Below, in pieces: positions 16,601 through 35,950 of a stretch of DNA of 64,000 nt. Both the position numbers and the translations under genes were made by a program. The stretch is taken from assembly GCF_009914755.1 (NCBI RefSeq), contig NC_060941.1; one strand, 5' to 3'. The first letter of the stretch is position 1. The number at the start of each line of letters is the position of its first letter. This DNA is from the human T2T-CHM13v2.0 reference genome, Homo sapiens. The notes beneath the pieces were generated by a model, which saw nothing but the letters and a program-made list of their open reading frames with translations, made no database searches and was not told the origin of the DNA.

Positions 16601-17068
16601 CCTTGTTTTAAACAACAACAACAACAACAAAACCTCAATGTACTTAAACAGAATGGGTCTCCTGGTGGTCCTTAGGTCATGGGGTGGGGTCATGATGCTG
16701 TCCATTAATGAAAGGGCAGGTGAAATCTAGAGCAGGAGCTAAGCCTATCTGAATCTCAGAGCTGGGCAGCAGAAGAATCTATGTCATGAAATAAGAGGGA
16801 CCAGTCCCCACTCTTCTGACCTTAGGCCCCTCCCCTATTCCTTTAGAATCATAGCCTTTCTTCTCTTACCTGTATTACTACAAAGTCATCTGTAAGAAGG
16901 TACTGGAACTTTCAGGGCTTGAATAACAATCTGCCTTATAGGTTGCATTAGAGAACATACAGTAAAGTATTATTTGGTGAAGTTAGGGAATGGAGTGTTC
17001 TCGTTAATCAAATAATCTGGTTAACAAAGTAGCACTCAACGTATAGTAATATTTGGGATATACTTATA

Positions 17069-17150
17069 CAGGTTGAGTATCCCTGACAAAATAATCTGAA
17101 ATCCAAAGCACTTCTGGTTCCAAGCATTTGGATAAGGGATACTCAACCTA
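17069..17150. mobile_element. Tigger/MER2-class miniature inverted-repeat element nested in a MER53-like relic
   Basis: TIRs CAGGTTGAGTATCCCT ... AGGGATACTCAACCTA flanked by TA on both sides. Confidence 0.8.
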
Positions 17151-17224
17151 TACTAAAATTATTCACTGTTTATCTGAAATTCAAATTTAACAAGGTGTTC
17201 TGTATTTTGTCTGGAGACCTTACT

Positions 17225-18353
<1,129 letters not shown>

Positions 18354-18974
18354 CTAGGAGATCCATATCTACTCTTTGGGAGTTCTCCAGAGGAAAAAAT
18401 CAACAGGCGGGAGAAAGATACTCTGCTAGCTTCAGATTCATTAGTACTAGGAAATGGAGAGATAGGAGGTATAATGTATTAGGGAAGCAAGGGATTCAGA
18501 ACCAGGTGCCCACTGACTCTGAGAAGCACTGGGTGCACAGGTAAGATGCTGCGAAGTCTTTAACTGGCCTCCATGTCAAATTAAACAGTTGTTTCAGAGA
18601 TCTCAGGAAAGAAAGCCTAAAACAAAATATCATCTACTCTTTAATGTTATCCAACACCCAGACAGAATCCCACCATAAAGTGGGAACAGATGGGCAGCTT
18701 CTAGACCTCATTTCTCTATGCCAGCAGAGAGGAAGCAGGGTCTGGGCACAGTGCTCATGCCTGTAATCCTAGCACTTTGGGAGGCTGAGGCAGGAAGATT
18801 GCTTGAGTCCAGGAGTTTGGGAATAGCCTGGGCAACATAGCAAGACCCCATCCCTACAAAAAATACAAAAAAAAAAAAAAAAATAGCCAGCATGGTAGTA
18901 CGCACCTGTAGTCCCAGCTACTCTGGAGGGTGAGGTGGAGATCACCTGAGCCTGGGAGATGGAGGCTGTAGTGA

Positions 18975-19710
<736 letters not shown>

Positions 19711-20411
19711 AATTTGGTTCCCCATTGTTTACAGGGAAGTCTGAACTGCTTTGCAAGGCACTCGAGGGCCTTTTGCTATCTGGCCCTTGCCTAGCTGCCT
19801 GGCTAGCCTGGTCTCCCCACTCACTCACCAGGGGTTTGCATATGGAACTTCTCCAGCATCCTTAATAGGCCATGCCCTTTCTTCGATCCATGCCCTTGTC
19901 TGTGCTGTTTCTTCCACCTGGAACACCCTCTCTTTACTTGTTTATCTGGCAAACTCCTCATCCTTTACATCTCAGCTCAAACAATACCTCCTCTGTGAAG
20001 CCTTTCCTACTTCCCCCAAAGGGACTTAGGCCTCCTTTTCCTGTGCCTCCGCTGTGTTTTACGTCCACTCCATTTAAAGCAGCTCCTGTACTTTAAGGAG
20101 CTGTTCATTTCCTCACTGGACTGTAAGCTACGTGAGGGGATAGGACCTCCCATTTGACCTTTGGTCTCCCTTAGTACCTGGCATGGTCCTCAGCTCATCA
20201 AATAAAGGTCCCCAGGGACAAGAGTTCTTACCCTGCCTGCCAGCATGCCCTGGACTGGAGATGCAGCCCCTCCAGCTCCACCTCTCCATCAGTAACATGC
20301 ATTAGGTCAGCCATCCCTTCTCTTCTCTGTTAAGAGACAGGGACAAAGGAAATCAGACATGGAAGTGCTTCGGGTTCAAAAAAGAAAAAGGTGCTTATCA
20401 AAGTTTTGTAG

Positions 20412-20613
<202 letters not shown>

Positions 20614-21444
20614 TGAACTCTTGACCTCAAGTAGTCTGCCCACCTTGGCCTCCCAAAGTGCTGGGATTATAGGTGTGAGCCACCGTGCCTCGCCAAAGTT
20701 TTGTAATATTCCCTTTCCTTCCCTTTCCTCCCCCTCCCTCCCCTCCCTTCCCTTTCCCTCCCTTCCCTTCCCCTTCCCTTTTTTTCTTGGACTTGCCATG
20801 TTGCCCGGGCTGGTCTAGAACTCCTGGCCTTAAGCGATCCTCCCATCTCAGCCTCCCAAAGTGCTAGGACTACAGGCATAAGCCACCATCTCTGGCCTGT
20901 AATATTTCAATTGTACCCACGGTCTATAATGTTTCCTCTCCAAGTATCAATCCCTTTGGGAAATGGATCTAGAGACAAGCTTCATGAAGACAGGAACTGT
21001 GTCTACTTTGCACCCCACTGTATCCCCAGCATCTAGCACTGTTCTTTGCTCTCAGGTGGATTCTCTGGTGTTAGTTGGTGAAGATCTTAGAGGAGGCTTT
21101 CTCGCATTCTTTTTGAGACAGGGTCTTGTTGTGTCACCCAGGCTGGAGTGCAGTGGTGCGATCATGGCTCACTGCAGCCTTGACCCTTGACCTCCTGGGC
21201 TCAAGTGATCCTCCCACCTCAGCCTCCCAACTAGCTGGGACCACAGGCACACACCACCATGCACAGCTATTTGTTTTTTTTTTTAATTCTTTGTAGAGAT
21301 GGGGTCCCACTATGTTGCCAAGGCTGGTTTTGAACTCCTGAGAGCTCAAGTAATCTGCCCACTTTGGCCTCCCGAAGTGTTGGGATTACAGGCATGCACC
21401 ACCGTGCCCGGATGTCTCACAGTCTTTAGATTCATAGTTTCACC

Positions 21445-21750
21445 TCTCTAAGGTGCTTGCTGATGTTGGATATCATCTTGAGTGAAGGTTTCCCCACAGT
21501 TACTACATTCAAGTAATTGAGTTCCATGGTATTGAGTAAAGTGTGCCTTCCAAGCCTCCAAATTCCCCGAGGGCTCTCCCACGACATAGCCAGACACAAG
21601 ATTCCTTTCCAGTAGGAATTCTCTGATGTTGTAGAATATGATTACTCCACTCAAATAAAGGCTTATGCACACTTATTACACTTATAAATGTTTTCTCCAG
21701 TATGAATTCTCTGATGTTTAATGAGAAGCAAAATGCAAGTGAAGGTCTCA
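21445..21750 (-). pseudogene. Decayed tandem C2H2 (Kruppel-type) zinc-finger fragment
   Basis: Minus strand reads LIKHQRIHTGE-NIYKCNKCA*AF, then after a frameshift NHILQHQRIPTGKESC, then ECSNCGETFTQ...QHQ; contains stops and frameshifts. Confidence 0.75.
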
Positions 21751-22335
21751 ATAAAAGCCTGTTACACACCCAGCCCTGTGCTCAGTGTTCTGAGGGACTC
21801 CCAGATGGAAGGCCTGGGCTCTGCCCTCCAGATGTCTACAACCTTGTTGGGGAGACAAGACTCATGTACTGCGTTACACAGCCGGAGAACATGAGACATT
21901 ATGTAATCATATCAAGCCACATCGTTTAGTGGAATTAAATGGGAATTGGGAGAAATGAGAGTTCAGCCAGAGCTTATCTGGATGGGGAAGGGGACATAAA
22001 GGACTTTAGACTTTAGCTGAAAGGATGGTAAGATTGCGCCTGGAAGAGAAAAGGGGAAGGGTGTTCCAGGTTGTGGACTCCAGCAAGAACAAAGACATGC
22101 TTCTGCGGGGACTCACTGTTTTAGACTCTGAGGGAAAGCAAGAAAGCGAGAGGAAAAGAAGAGAGGGATGGAGGAAATAAGAAAGGGAGGGAGGGAGAGA
22201 GGAAAGGATTTGCCCTTTCATTTAGGAAACTTCCACAAACTTTGTGCAGCAGCCTTTGAAAATTTTATTCTCAGCTGGGCCCCATGGCTCACGCCTGTAA
22301 TCCCAGCACTTTGGGAGGCCAAGGGGGACAGATCA

Positions 22336-22734
<399 letters not shown>

Positions 22735-24462
22735 TTACCCTCAGCCCAATGTGCCTTGGTGACAAAGGCACCAAGTGGGGAGAAAACCCCATTCAGGAGA
22801 GGGCCCTCGGAGAGCACCCAAGCATGCCCAAACCCTACGTCTTCTTCTTTCACCTATCGCATCCTCTAAAAATTGTCCATAGGGGATGTTGACAGAGTGA
22901 GGGTCATCAAATCCAATGGCTTTTTACTTATATCAGTTTTGTAGGAGTTTTTATGGAGCATTCAGAGTAGAGAATACTTTATAACTTTTCCTTGTTTTCT
23001 CCATTCTGCAGAGGGTAGCAGACAAGCAAGAGGGTGGAATTTGCAGCATCTCATCTTGGTGAGACAGTTGGAAGACTTTTCTGCCAATTATAGTGGTTAA
23101 ACACTGACTCAACATCAAACAACGGCATGAGGGGTCAGAGCCTTCATTCGTGGACAAGTTTCAAAAACATGGGAGCACCACCTGTCATGAGCAATTTAGT
23201 CAGAACAGAAGAGAATAGATCACACCCAACAAGACAGAAAAAGCTGCTTTCTGGAGAGGGCGGGAGCTAATATTTCCTAACACGGTGAAATTGTGAAGTG
23301 CTTTTTGCAGCCCTTCATAATTTCATCATCCAAAGGGTTTGCTTTTGGAATTCTTAGACACTTAATTCTGTCCCTGCTTTCCGTGTCACTTCCACGGGAC
23401 ACTGAATTTGGGAAGAGGGAGACCTCACCAATGATGGGAAGAACAGATTGGGGGCTGGCGCCCTTTTGGGTTTGCCATGTGAACATCCTCCTGGAACAGT
23501 CTCCATTCTGTCCCAGCAAGACACACTCTGCTCTGTGAAGAACCCAGGTGGGAAAAAAAAAAAAATCTATGAGGCCACAGTGGAAATGCAGCTCAGCAGG
23601 ACTCTCAGGTACCCCAAAATTGTCCCATCTGACAACTCACCACATTCTATTTATTTATTTATTTATTTATTTTGAGATGGAGTCTCACTGTGTCACCCAG
23701 GCTGGAGTGTAGTGGCGTGATCTAGGCTCACCGCAGCCTACGCCTCCCAGATTCAAGCGATTCTCCTGCCTCAGCCTCCCATGTAGCTGAGACTACAGGC
23801 ATGCGCCACCACACCCAGCTAATTTTTGTATTTTTAGTAGAGATGGGGTTTCGCCATGTTGCCCAGGCTGGTCTCAAACTTCTGACCTCAGGTGATCCAC
23901 CCCCGCCCCTCAGCCTCCCAAAGTTCTGGGATTACAGTCATGAGACACTGCACCTGGCCAACACATTCTGTTTTCATCATTAGTGCCTGTCCTCCCTGCT
24001 AGCTCATGGGCTCCCCCAGAGCAGGCATGTTTGCCCTAGTCACCATCAAAACTGTCTTAGTACCTGTCACGGTGCCTGGCACATAGCAGTTATTCAGTAA
24101 ATGTTTGTTGAATAAATCAACTATAAACATCAAAATGATTCCCTTAAAAAGGTCTTCATTCTTGTTCAGATGTAGAGAGTTACATTACAAACACTTGTGT
24201 GCTGGGGATAGGAAGGGACACTGTTGGGTAATAATAAGTGCTTGAAACATGTGGGAGGGCCCTGGAAAATAGCCCAAAAAGTTCACATTGTATCTGATAA
24301 GCAACAGGGAGCTACTGCAGGTTCTTCAGGTCACCAGTAGGCAAGCAGGTGGTGGCTTTCCAGGCTGAAAAGTGTATTTGATCTGGAAGATAGTAGGATC
24401 ACAGACAAACAGTGAGTCTTGGAGTAGCCTGATCACAGTGGCAAGCTCAAGAGACAATTTTA

Positions 24463-24576
<114 letters not shown>

Positions 24577-27167
24577 TTAAGCCCAGGAGTTTGAGACCAG
24601 CCTGGGCAGTATAAGGAAGCCCTGTCTCTACAAAAATAAAAACATAACAAAATTAGCCAAGTGTGGTGGCGTGTGCCTGTGCTTCTAGCTCCTTCAGAGG
24701 CTGAAGTGGGGAGGATCACTCGAGCCTGGGAGGTTGAGGCTTCACTGAGCTGTGATCATGCTGCTGCACTCCAGCCTGGGCGACAGAGTGAGACCCTGTC
24801 TCAAAAAACAAACAAACAAACAAGAAACCCAGCAAGAATTAAGAATTCTGGTGAGCACTGTTCCCGTGTGACCTCAGAGAGCTGATAGGCAATTTGATGG
24901 CAGAGGCGGGGGCCAGTGCAGTCATGGCCAAAAATGGCCAGGGAGGAAGAAGATGCCCTGGGTCTCAGCCCAGAGTCTGGTGTTGGATGGTGTGGAGAGT
25001 AGAAGTGAAGCCAAAGTAAGGTCTGTCTTTCTTCAGAGAGAGCCTCCTAAAGGCAGAGGACATGTCTTATCCATCTACACCCACAGCTCCAAGCGGAGCT
25101 CCTTGCCCAGAGAAGCTGCTTAATAAATTGACACACGAATGCTTGGCTGCCTCGCTGGCTCTGGGAGGCATGGATGATGCCAGAGCTTGGGGAGGCCACT
25201 GAAGCAGTGTTTATTGTCCTTTCTCCTCCAACTTCCTCAGTCTACCCTTCTGTGTTGTCCCACCTCTCCTTGAAGCCAGAAGATGTCCCCAAAGGTTGCT
25301 ACTCTCCACATGGACAGCAGGTACTGAGGAAGGAAACAGTCTCCACCTGCGGCTTGCAACTCCCTCCTCCTCTGGGAACCCACTGTCTGGCAGGACCCAG
25401 GCATTTTGTAGAATATTCCACTTATTCGCACCCACTCCTCAGAGTGTCACTCACATTCCCTTCTAGTCTCTCTCCCTTTCATCTCATCTCAGCAGGCAGG
25501 GACATGCCACCACTGGAAGCCTGGCATTAGCAAATGTGCACACAGCACACACATACACACCTTTCCCTGTCTCTGAGCCATTGTCTGAACCTCTGCCCCT
25601 GGGCCTGGCCCATCTTTACGAGATCCAGAGATCCAGGCTTTTCCTATCCAAGGATGCTGAATCTGGCCCCTGACGGGAGGGAGCTGGGCATTTTGCACGT
25701 CTGCAGTGTTGCCTTCCCTCAGGGGGCTGGGGAGGATCCACCCATATGGCAGAACCTTCCAGAGAGACGCGAAACCAGGAGCCTGACCTCATGGTGCCCG
25801 CAGCATCTGGCACAGAGGGTACCAGTTCTGCTATCCTGGCTGCAGCCCAGTTCTCTCTTCTAGAATCCACACCTTCTCTGGCTCCCCTCCAGGCCAGCGA
25901 GATTTGCCCCAACTGAGGGAGGACAGGGATGACCTAGTGAGTGGGAGGTGATGGGGAAGAGAAGGAATCTCTGCTACAGAAACTTGGTGAAATCATTCCT
26001 TGCCTCTGTGCCTCAGTTTCCCCTTGAGAAATTCTTCCAGAGTTAGGAAGGAGCTCAGCCCTGGGAGAGAAACCCATAGTCATGCTGTGTTCTCTTGCAG
26101 CCAGGAGACGCCTGCCCTGCCCCGCCCCTTGCTAGTTGGTGATGCTGGCCTAGCAAGGCAGGGTCCTGCAGGATGAAAGCTCGGAGAAGCCAAAACAGGA
26201 ATAATAATGATAATAATCAGCTGCGGCGTCTCAACCATCCAGGAATGCAAGGCTCCACGCCCTGTGTGCCTCACACCCCAGGACATCGCAAGGGCTCCTC
26301 TCCCTTTATTTTATTGCAGTGATCCCACACTGCCATTCCCAGCCCAACCCATCTGGATTCCCAAGAACTGCAGTCCAGCCACCGGCTCATCCACCACCCA
26401 GTTTCCATGGGAATATTCAGCTCCAAGACCTAAGCCAGCAGCAGGGTAAGACGCCCAGCTACTTGGAAACTCGTGCTCCATGGCTTCTGGGAGAAGCAGT
26501 CTGCCCACCCCTGGCCTGGAACGCTTTCCCATAGACCCATCTATGTCTGGTCAATGTGAGGGCCAGGTACCTTGCTTGTGTCAATCCAAATCTGGATTCA
26601 AGTCTGGTCTGGCCTTAAACTAACTCACCACGGGACCCTAGACAGGTTTGGTTTCATTTTTTAACTTTTTTGGGTTCACTCGCTCTCTTGCCCAAAAGCT
26701 TTTCAAGGATCCCCATGGCTCAGTGAAGATAAACTCTGGATCTAGAGGTCTAGTACGTGGCCATTTGAAATCTCGTTCTAAAACACCTTTCCAAATCCAC
26801 TCGTCTCCTTCACCTTTGGGATGCCAGCCAGAAGGAAGTACTCACCGTTGGTCATGCACATCCCATGCTTTTCCATTTGGGGATTTTGCTCCTTCTTTGG
26901 GAATGTCATTCCTTCCACCTCTACCTCCACCTGGCAAGACCCTCCTAGCCTTCAAGGCCCAGGCCAGGGGCCATCTCCTCCATGATTATGCCTGACCCTC
27001 ATCCACCTTGGAACCCTGCTTCCTTTTCCTCAGACCCTTTCAAGCCCCAGTACTCACATTGTGCTGTGGGTGTGTGCATATCTTAATCATCAGCATCCTG
27101 ATGTCTCGTTCATCTCTGTGTCTCCATGGCGGCTAGTACAGCACCTTGCACACAGGGCAAGGAATCA

Positions 27168-27783
<616 letters not shown>

Positions 27784-28554
27784 CTAGTACGAGGTGGGTT
27801 CTTCCCTTGTTAGAGAATGATAATCTCACCCTTTGGGGGCTTCATCTTTTCTATTTTTTATTTTATTTTATTTTTTAATTCCCTGCAAGTGTTGCACATG
27901 GGTCATCTTTTCTAAGCCCCAGCAGCCTCCAGGCCCCATAGGACTCATATGCCAGAAGGACCCCTGGATTCACATGGTATTAAGAGGTTAGAACCGCTCC
28001 ACTCCTGGATCCTGATTAGAACTCCTCGGAGCACCATACACCATTGCTCCCTCTTAGTGTTGTTGAAAATAGTAACAATAACTTCAGCAACACTTTGTGT
28101 TTACGTAAGGCTTTTCTCTAGGGAGCTCAGCTAATCTTTCCCTCATCTCCAGAAGGAAGAGAGGACCAAGGTAATGAAGGACAAATGAGCCATTGCAGCC
28201 ACACTCTGGAATACAAGCATCCTTTGTTCTTAGAAGTAAGTGCAATACATAGGATTTCAGATGTGGGGAACTGATAAGCAGGAAACCAGTTCATTTCCCG
28301 AGACCCAAAACCCATGACTTAAGAATTTTTGCCCAAATCAAATTCTGTATGAGATGAAAACCCCCAAACTGAGGTGTTATATCACATAGTCATAACATTT
28401 GAGCATGTACCCTTAATATATGTTCAATTATGTATACATTGTATACACAACCTACTCTCATTAGGACCTCAAGATACAATATATATTTGCGGTGAGGTTC
28501 GTTTTTTTAGCAATGGTAGATGTGAAGCCCACATTTCAAATAGTCACCTTGATA

Positions 28555-28828
28555 ACTACAAATTACGAAAAAGAAGGAATAAGTTCTAGTGTTGGATAAT
28601 ACAATAGGGCAACTATAGTTAACAATCATTTATTGTATTTTTTAAAATAGCTAGAAGAGAATATTTGGAATGTTCCCAACACAAAGAAATGATCAGTGCT
28701 TGAGGTGATGGCTATCCCAGTTACCCAGATTTGATCATTACACACCGTATGCTTGTGTTACAGTATCACACATACCCCATACATAGGTACAACTATTCTA
28801 TACCCATAAAAATTAAAAATAAAAAAAA
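28555..28828 (+). mobile_element. L1MA-type 3' UTR fragment
   Basis: GAATGTTCCCAACACAAAGAAATGAT...TACCCAGATTTGATCATTACACA followed by an A-rich tail. Confidence 0.8.
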
Positions 28829-29356
28829 CTTTTGGCCATCTTCCTGTGAGCCCTGATTAGACTGTCACTGTTTTAGCCTCATAACAGGGCTGGCAGAGTT
28901 CCTGTGAGGAGCAGGGCCAGCTTTTCCGTTTTCTTGTGTGCCTGTGCTTGCTAAATTAGGGTGATCTTTAATCTGCAGGGTTTTTGCTGGAATCTTTTTA
29001 AACCCCTTGTTCATTCTGTAAAGGTTAATTTAGTTTATGTTAGATCATACACTCCACTGTGTAATTTAACCAGGCAATGTAAGCTGTGATCCTTTGCCAT
29101 TTTCTGGCCATGATCTGGAGCGAGGGAGCCCTCTCAGCCCCTGCAATACACTTCCCACACCTCCTGCAGGAGACCCCACATGCTACACTCTGCCTGTGAC
29201 TCAGTGTCCATCCGTATATTTGCATCATGGTAAAGCTTGCCCTACTCACTGTGAAGGGCATCTCCTGCTGGACCTCCTTCTCGTGGCGGTACTCATCATT
29301 TCTGTCCTCTCCTGTGCCCTCCTGGCAGTCTCAGCCACCTCAAGCTTACCTTTCTA

Positions 29357-29542
<186 letters not shown>

Positions 29543-29871
29543 TCAGAAGGTTGAGGTGGGAGGATCACCTGAGCTCGCGAAGTTGAGGCCGAAGTGAGCC
29601 GAGATTGCGCCACTGCATTCCAGTCTGAGCGATGGGAGTTGAGATCCCCACTCCCCTCTCTATATTCCTGATCTCCATTAAGAACATCACTAAATGCCCA
29701 GTTGCCGATCTCCACCCCTTCCTCTTTGTCATACTTCCAGACAAATCCACTTTCTAAGACCCCTCCCTCATTGTCTCTTGTCCTGACCGCTGCTGGGACC
29801 ACTTAACCAGTGGACCTCCCTGCCACTGCTCCCTTCCCCTCTTATTTACCCTCCATGCTTCTGTCAGATAA

Positions 29872-30198
<327 letters not shown>

Positions 30199-32525
30199 TG
30201 ATTGGTTTCCCCACTTCCTAGTCTTTCCATTTGCCTCCTGCCACAGGATAAAGTGCAAACTCTTGGCAGAGCTTTGCAAGACCAGTCCCTGCTGGCCGCT
30301 GCAAACTGGTCACCCCCAGCCACACCACTCACTTTCAAGCCCCAGCCAACCACCCAGGAGCTGCCACCTTGTACACTGTATTCCCTGTTTCTTAGACTAT
30401 CTTTTCATGTCCTTTCTTCTCGGCCTCCTTAACGTCCAAGACCAGCTTGCCTGGCCTCTTCCAAACACTGACGGCAGACAAAGTTGCCCTGTGTCTCGGC
30501 ACCCTAGCACTTGTATGAAACTCTCTTGTGTTATGCTCAAATGTGGTCGCTTAGTTGTTTGTATCCTCCATAAGATATCAGTTCCTGAGCACTCGGGCCT
30601 GTATTCTACTGATCTCTACAGCCTCCTGTTCCCAGCCCCCTCCTGGCTTGCTGTGGTGTCAGCCTGTCTGTGAAGGACTGTTCCACTGGTATAAGGTGTT
30701 AGGTACGACTTTTCTATCCACTGCTGCACTGCCCTCAACCCCAACCCCAATAGTGTTAGCTATTACTAGGGCCCAGATACTGTTCTAGCAGCCGTGGGCT
30801 TATCAGCTCACTTACCCTCACTACACTGCCATGAGGTCACCTATTGTTAGCCCCGTTTTACAGATGAGGAAACTGAAACACAGCAAATTACGTGTTAGTC
30901 CCAGGTCATGCAGCTAGGTGACAGACTCAGGAGTCGAACACAGCCACCCTAGATCCAGAGCCCTAGTATTAGCCTCTGGGCATACAGACAACACTGTGAC
31001 GCCTCACTCAGCCTTCTCACTGTCCCCGCTTCCTCTGACAAGAGTGGCTGCTGTTCCCAAGGCCAACTAAACTCTCTTTCCACCCTGCCCAATGCTGAGG
31101 GTCTGGTGGCTTAGCTGGCCCCTTCCCCCTCAGAGAAAGTAACAGATATGACAGGCTCCCCTCCTGTCACGAATGCCCCACCATGCTTGGAGGAGGCCCT
31201 CTGCTCATCCACTCATCTCCTGGCCTGAAACTCTTTGAGGGGATCTGAATCCTGGTATTAGTGAGTCGAAACCATTTCTCTGGGAGGACCTGCCTGAACT
31301 ATGCCCAGGAAGGCAAAGCCCATCTCGACCCCATGCTATGCCTACCAACCCGGCAGGCACCTGGAGGGTGTCCACACCTACTTCACCTGATCAGCTTCTG
31401 GCCACTCAGAACATCTCCTTCTCTGGGGCTTTTTCTCTATTCCGCCTTGCCTCCCCACACTTCCTTCCTGTTCTTATTTCTCTTTACAAGACTGGGTATT
31501 TTTAACCTGAGGTTTCCACTTATCTCTTCTTGTCTGATTGGGACTGGGCTGGGCAGGGGTGCCAGTGTGCTGGAAGGGCTAGGAGTATTTTGCTAGCCTC
31601 AGAGGCTACAGTCCGCATCCGACACTCTAGGCCCAGACTTTGCCCCGACTCTACCCATCTTTGTGGAGCTATGGAGCTCCCCTCCTCTACTTCTGGAGTA
31701 TAACCTTAAACTGGCCTTGGGTTGAAGCTTTGGAAACTGTGCAGGGCATGGAAGGAGCTGAACTTCCCACCCTCCCCTCCACGCACTCCCCATGCCCACT
31801 CCTACTCCCAGGATGCTGCCGCTAGGTGAAGATGAAGAGCACTTTGAGGCCAGGTGCAGTGGCTTACCCTGTAATTCCAGCACTTGGGAGGCTGAGGTAG
31901 CAGGATCGCTTGAGCACAGGAGTTGGAGAACAGCCTGGGCAACACAGTGAGACACCTATCTCTACAAAAACAAAAACAAAAAAAGCTGGCGTGATTGAGC
32001 CACTGCATTTCAGTCTGGGTGACAGAGAAGACCTTGTCTCAAAACAAACAAACAAAAAACACCTTGAATTTCACACGTCCCTGGAACAGCCACCAGGATC
32101 ATCCCTCAGTCCACTTTCATGATCCACATTATAAACATGGATGCCTTTCTGAGGGATTATGGGCCTTCAGAGCTGCTCTTTCATCTGCCTCAGCCTTGAG
32201 GTGCAGCTCAGAGAGCTCTGCCCTCACACCCTGGCCCCTCTTGCACATCCCTGAAGGTCTCTGCTTCAATGTCCTCCTACCTAAGCCCCCAGCCAGGCCC
32301 ACCCATCACTCTCCACTCCGTCCTCACCTGTGGGTCTCCAACCCTCATGTGTCCCACGCTTCTCTGCACTCCAGGTGCTTAATAGAGAAACTTTTATTTG
32401 AAGTCCGTACAGCTGCAAAGTGGAGATAATTGGGGGTTTTGGTTGTGGTGTTTGTTTTTTAGTTTGGTTTCTGTACCAGCTTTCTTAAAAAAAGAAAATG
32501 GTGGCCACTGAACAGGGTGATTTCA

Positions 32526-32723
<198 letters not shown>

Positions 32724-32726
32724 TCA

Positions 32727-32930
<204 letters not shown>

Positions 32931-34416
32931 TCATAATGACTGCCTGAGGCACAGTGGTATCCCGATGTGCGCTTTGAGTCTCACTGCAAAAGATTAAATA
33001 TGTTCCGCATTGTGTTTATGTTTGACTGTATTTTTAAAATTCTAATTCCTTTAAAATGGGCACCCCCGGTATAATGTACGTAGTGACTCTTTAATTAGGG
33101 AACTGATTTTCCATGTGGTCTAGTGGCTTTCAGGACTTGTTGACTAGACAGAATATCTGCAGCTCTCATCGCCAGCCTCACCCAGCCACACCTCAGCTTC
33201 ACACTCTGGTAACTGTCCTCACCACTCCCTCCTGTTCAGCTGCCCCATGGTCCCAAGAAGCAATGCTTTCCAGCCCCATTGTGAGCTGAGGCTGCAGCCC
33301 TGTCTGGCACCGCTTTTATAATTGGTCATTCAGTCTTCAAACCTCTGTGGAGCATCCCCCATGAATAGAGAGCCATGCTGGGTGGGGACTGGGAAGAAGC
33401 AGAAGAAAATGTGTCAGTGCTGCCTTCAGGGAGAAAACACACACAAACACCTAGACAGTTGCTTCCTACAAGTTCAAAAGAACTTGACCTCGGAACCGAA
33501 GAAATAAGGTCAGGGTTTATCAGAAAAATATTCCCAAAGGGGAGAATTTGAGCCTAACTTTGATTGTCAGGAAGGCTATCCGTGCTGGGTAGATAGGTGC
33601 ACGGAGATGGGGAGGCTATGCTGGCAGTGAGGCCAGAATCCCTCATCACCTCTACCAGGAAGTAGCCTTCTGAATCCTGGACTGCTCCTTCCCCTTTGGG
33701 CTAACTGGCTGATAAGGACTGGGGACCAACCCCAGCAAGGAGGAAGTGGACTGGCTTCCTGTTTATTTATGAATCTCAGAGCAGCACCGTGCAGCCGTGA
33801 ACACCAACCAAGCACAGCAATCCCAGCCCAAGCCAAGAGCCCCAGGGAGCCCGTCTGCTGACCCAGCAAGCCCTCACCCAGCTGGGAGATGCAAGGACTC
33901 CATCCCAGGGCAGCCCATGGTCCGGAGGGCCAGCCTGGGAGCAGCCATGCCAGATTGTCAGGAACAGGAGGTAGAGGAGTGACAACTTCCCCAAAGAGGT
34001 CAAAGCCACACATTCGTAATATGAAGCCACTGGGCAGCTCCAGGGGCCCAAGCATTGGCTTTCCCTTCACCCCAAAGGTTATTTCCTAAGACTCTGGGCA
34101 CAACTGTGGGGCCTGTGGGAAAATCGTGTGCAGAAATAGCTGGGCCTTTTAAGAACCAGGCAGTTTTGTTTCCAACAGCAAAAGCTGACTGGTGACAACA
34201 CATCCCAGAGCCACATGAGGGAAAACAATGTAGCCATTTAAAAGAATGGGGTGGATTAGTCTGTGCTACAGGGCAAGATGTCCAAGATACTTCCATAAAT
34301 GAAAACAAGGTGCAGAACAGAACAGTACGTACAGTGTGATCTTTTGTGCAAATAATTACAATAGCAGAGGATAAGTATGTACAGGCTTAGAGATATATGA
34401 GCTGCTGAATGCATGA

Positions 34417-34779
<363 letters not shown>

Positions 34780-34814
34780 TGACCAGCTAATTTTTAATTT
34801 TTTTGTAGAGATGA

Positions 34815-35225
<411 letters not shown>

Positions 35226-35459
35226 TAGCCAGGATGGTCTCGATCTCTTGACCTTGTGATCTGCCCACTTTGGCCTCCCAAAGTGCTGGGATTACAGGCG
35301 TGAGCGACTGCAACCGGCCCTGATTTTTGTATTTTTAGTAGAGATGGGGTTTCACCATGTTGGCCAGGCTGGTCTCAAACCCCTGACCTCAGGTGATCTA
35401 CCTGCCTTGGCCTCCGAAAGTGCTGGGATTACAGGTGTGAGCCACTGTGCCCAGCCTAG

Positions 35460-35711
<252 letters not shown>

Positions 35712-35786
35712 TGATCCGCCCATCTCAGCCTCCCAAAGTGCTGGGATTTATAAACGTGAGCCACTGTACCTGGCAAGATCTGTATC

Positions 35787-35950
35787 TTTTTCTCTTTTTC
35801 TTTTCTTTCTTTCTTTTTCTTTTTTTTTTTTTTTTTTTTTTAGGAGTGGAGAGTTTAATAGGCAAGAAAGAAGGGAGAAGAAAGAAGGAAGACGCTCCCC
35901 TGTACAGAGACAGAGGGAGGGGGCTCCAAAGCCGAGAGAGGAGACCTCAA
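35787..35950 (-). mobile_element. Short polyadenylated non-Alu retroinsertion (ERV LTR R-region-like)
   Basis: ~108-nt body (35842-35950) with ATTAAA (35854-35859) 12 nt before a long poly(A), bracketed by copies of the target motif TCTGTATC. LTR origin is an inference. Confidence 0.65.

Noticed and set aside
20711-20785. (CCCTT)n tract and other short microsatellites (9099, 39078, 60263)
   Set aside because: Ordinary repeats derived from Alu tails.
28830-29140. Unique AT-rich stretch resembling a conserved enhancer (similarly 45600-45780)
   Set aside because: No diagnostic feature visible without conservation or chromatin data.
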